Shown here: piece after piece, positions 63,420-64,000 of the stretch | Numbering within the stretch: position 1 is the stretch's first letter | How the letters are laid out: each line of letters starts with the position of its first letter | Program-made: the position numbers and the translations under genes | The notes under the pieces: model-generated | Seen by the model: only the letters and a program-made list of their open reading frames with translations | Told to the model about the DNA's origin: nothing | Database searches by the model: none | DNA from: Chiloscyllium plagiosum | Lineage: Eukaryota | Direction: 5' to 3' | DNA: 64,000 nucleotides | Assembly (NCBI RefSeq): GCF_004010195.1 | Contig: NC_057719.1 | Location: forward strand, 75,314,597 to 75,378,596

Positions 63420-63546
63420 GAGGTAAAAACAAGGACTGCAGATGCTGGAAACCAGAGTCTAGATTAGAGTGGGGCTGGGAAAGCACAGCAGGTCAGGCGG
63501 CATCCAAGGAGCAGGAAAATCGACGTTTTGGGCAAAAGCCCTTCAT
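63420..63546 (-). mobile_element. Family A variant, single-arm element
   Basis: Perfect 14-bp TSD caagttatgaaagc (63406-19 / 63547-60); minus-strand UGAUGA-A-GGGC-UUUU-GCCC-AAAA-CGUC. Confidence 0.85.
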
Positions 63547-63869
63547 CAAGTTATGAAAGCTGTTCGGTACAAAGTCCAACAAGGTCTGCAGCTGGCATTG
63601 GGATATATTGGCACAATATGTTGGGTGACCTTTGGTGGAGACCAGAGATATTAGGTGTAGACCACAAATCTCTAACTATAAACCTAACTGTGCAATTTTT
63701 ATAAATTGCGAAAATATACCTTATTCATGAATATCTTTATTTACATGCGTGGTTACTAAAGCAGTTCTGTACAGTCTTTGCATTTGAGGAAGAGCATGTC
63801 TGTTTATTCAGCAAGCTCTGGGATACCAACCGCCAACTTCCATAATATGGTAATTCTGTTCGGTACTAC

Positions 63870-64000
63870 TTAAATAGAGAAAACTACAGAAAGCTCCAAC
63901 ACAGAGGGACTTGGAGACGTTTGTGCATCAAACACAGGTAGCAGGTAGTCAGGCAGGCCAATGGAATGTTGTCACATATTTCAAGGGGGTTGGAGTATAA
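63870..64000 (+). mobile_element. CR1 fragment at window edge
   Basis: cagagggacttgg (QRDL), gcaggccaatggaatgttg, ggagtataa. Confidence 0.55.

Overview
Repeat-dense, apparently non-genic (intronic or intergenic) vertebrate DNA. HE1-type SINEs and HER1/CR1 LINEs point to an elasmobranch (shark). I found no credible host exon: the ORFs I can recognise are broken transposon fragments, and the rest look like chance ORFs. The window holds many CR1-clade LINE pieces, a Rex1/Babar LINE 3' half, L2 and DeuSINE relics, eight HE1 SINEs, a full-length decayed Tigger/pogo transposon (24646-27024), a Penelope-like element (PLE) relic with RT and GIY-YIG motifs (48618-50570) and several solo-LTR candidates. 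The most interesting signal is about 15 short (50-280 bp), often hairpin-shaped insertions in four sequence families. Most have 8-17 bp target-site duplications (TSDs) and carry a minimal hammerhead-ribozyme (HHR) motif: CUGANGA, one extra nucleotide, helix II, GAAA, then a palindromic ACGU/AGCU helix III. One family's arm is the 3' end of the local PLE, and another family carries a PLE-like protein tail, so they look like non-autonomous, ribozyme-bearing PLE derivatives. One copy (12318-13391) has captured an inverted ~160 bp copy of its own flanking DNA inside its hairpin loop. All family assignments come from motif recognition by eye, not database searches, and boundaries of degenerate repeats are approximate.
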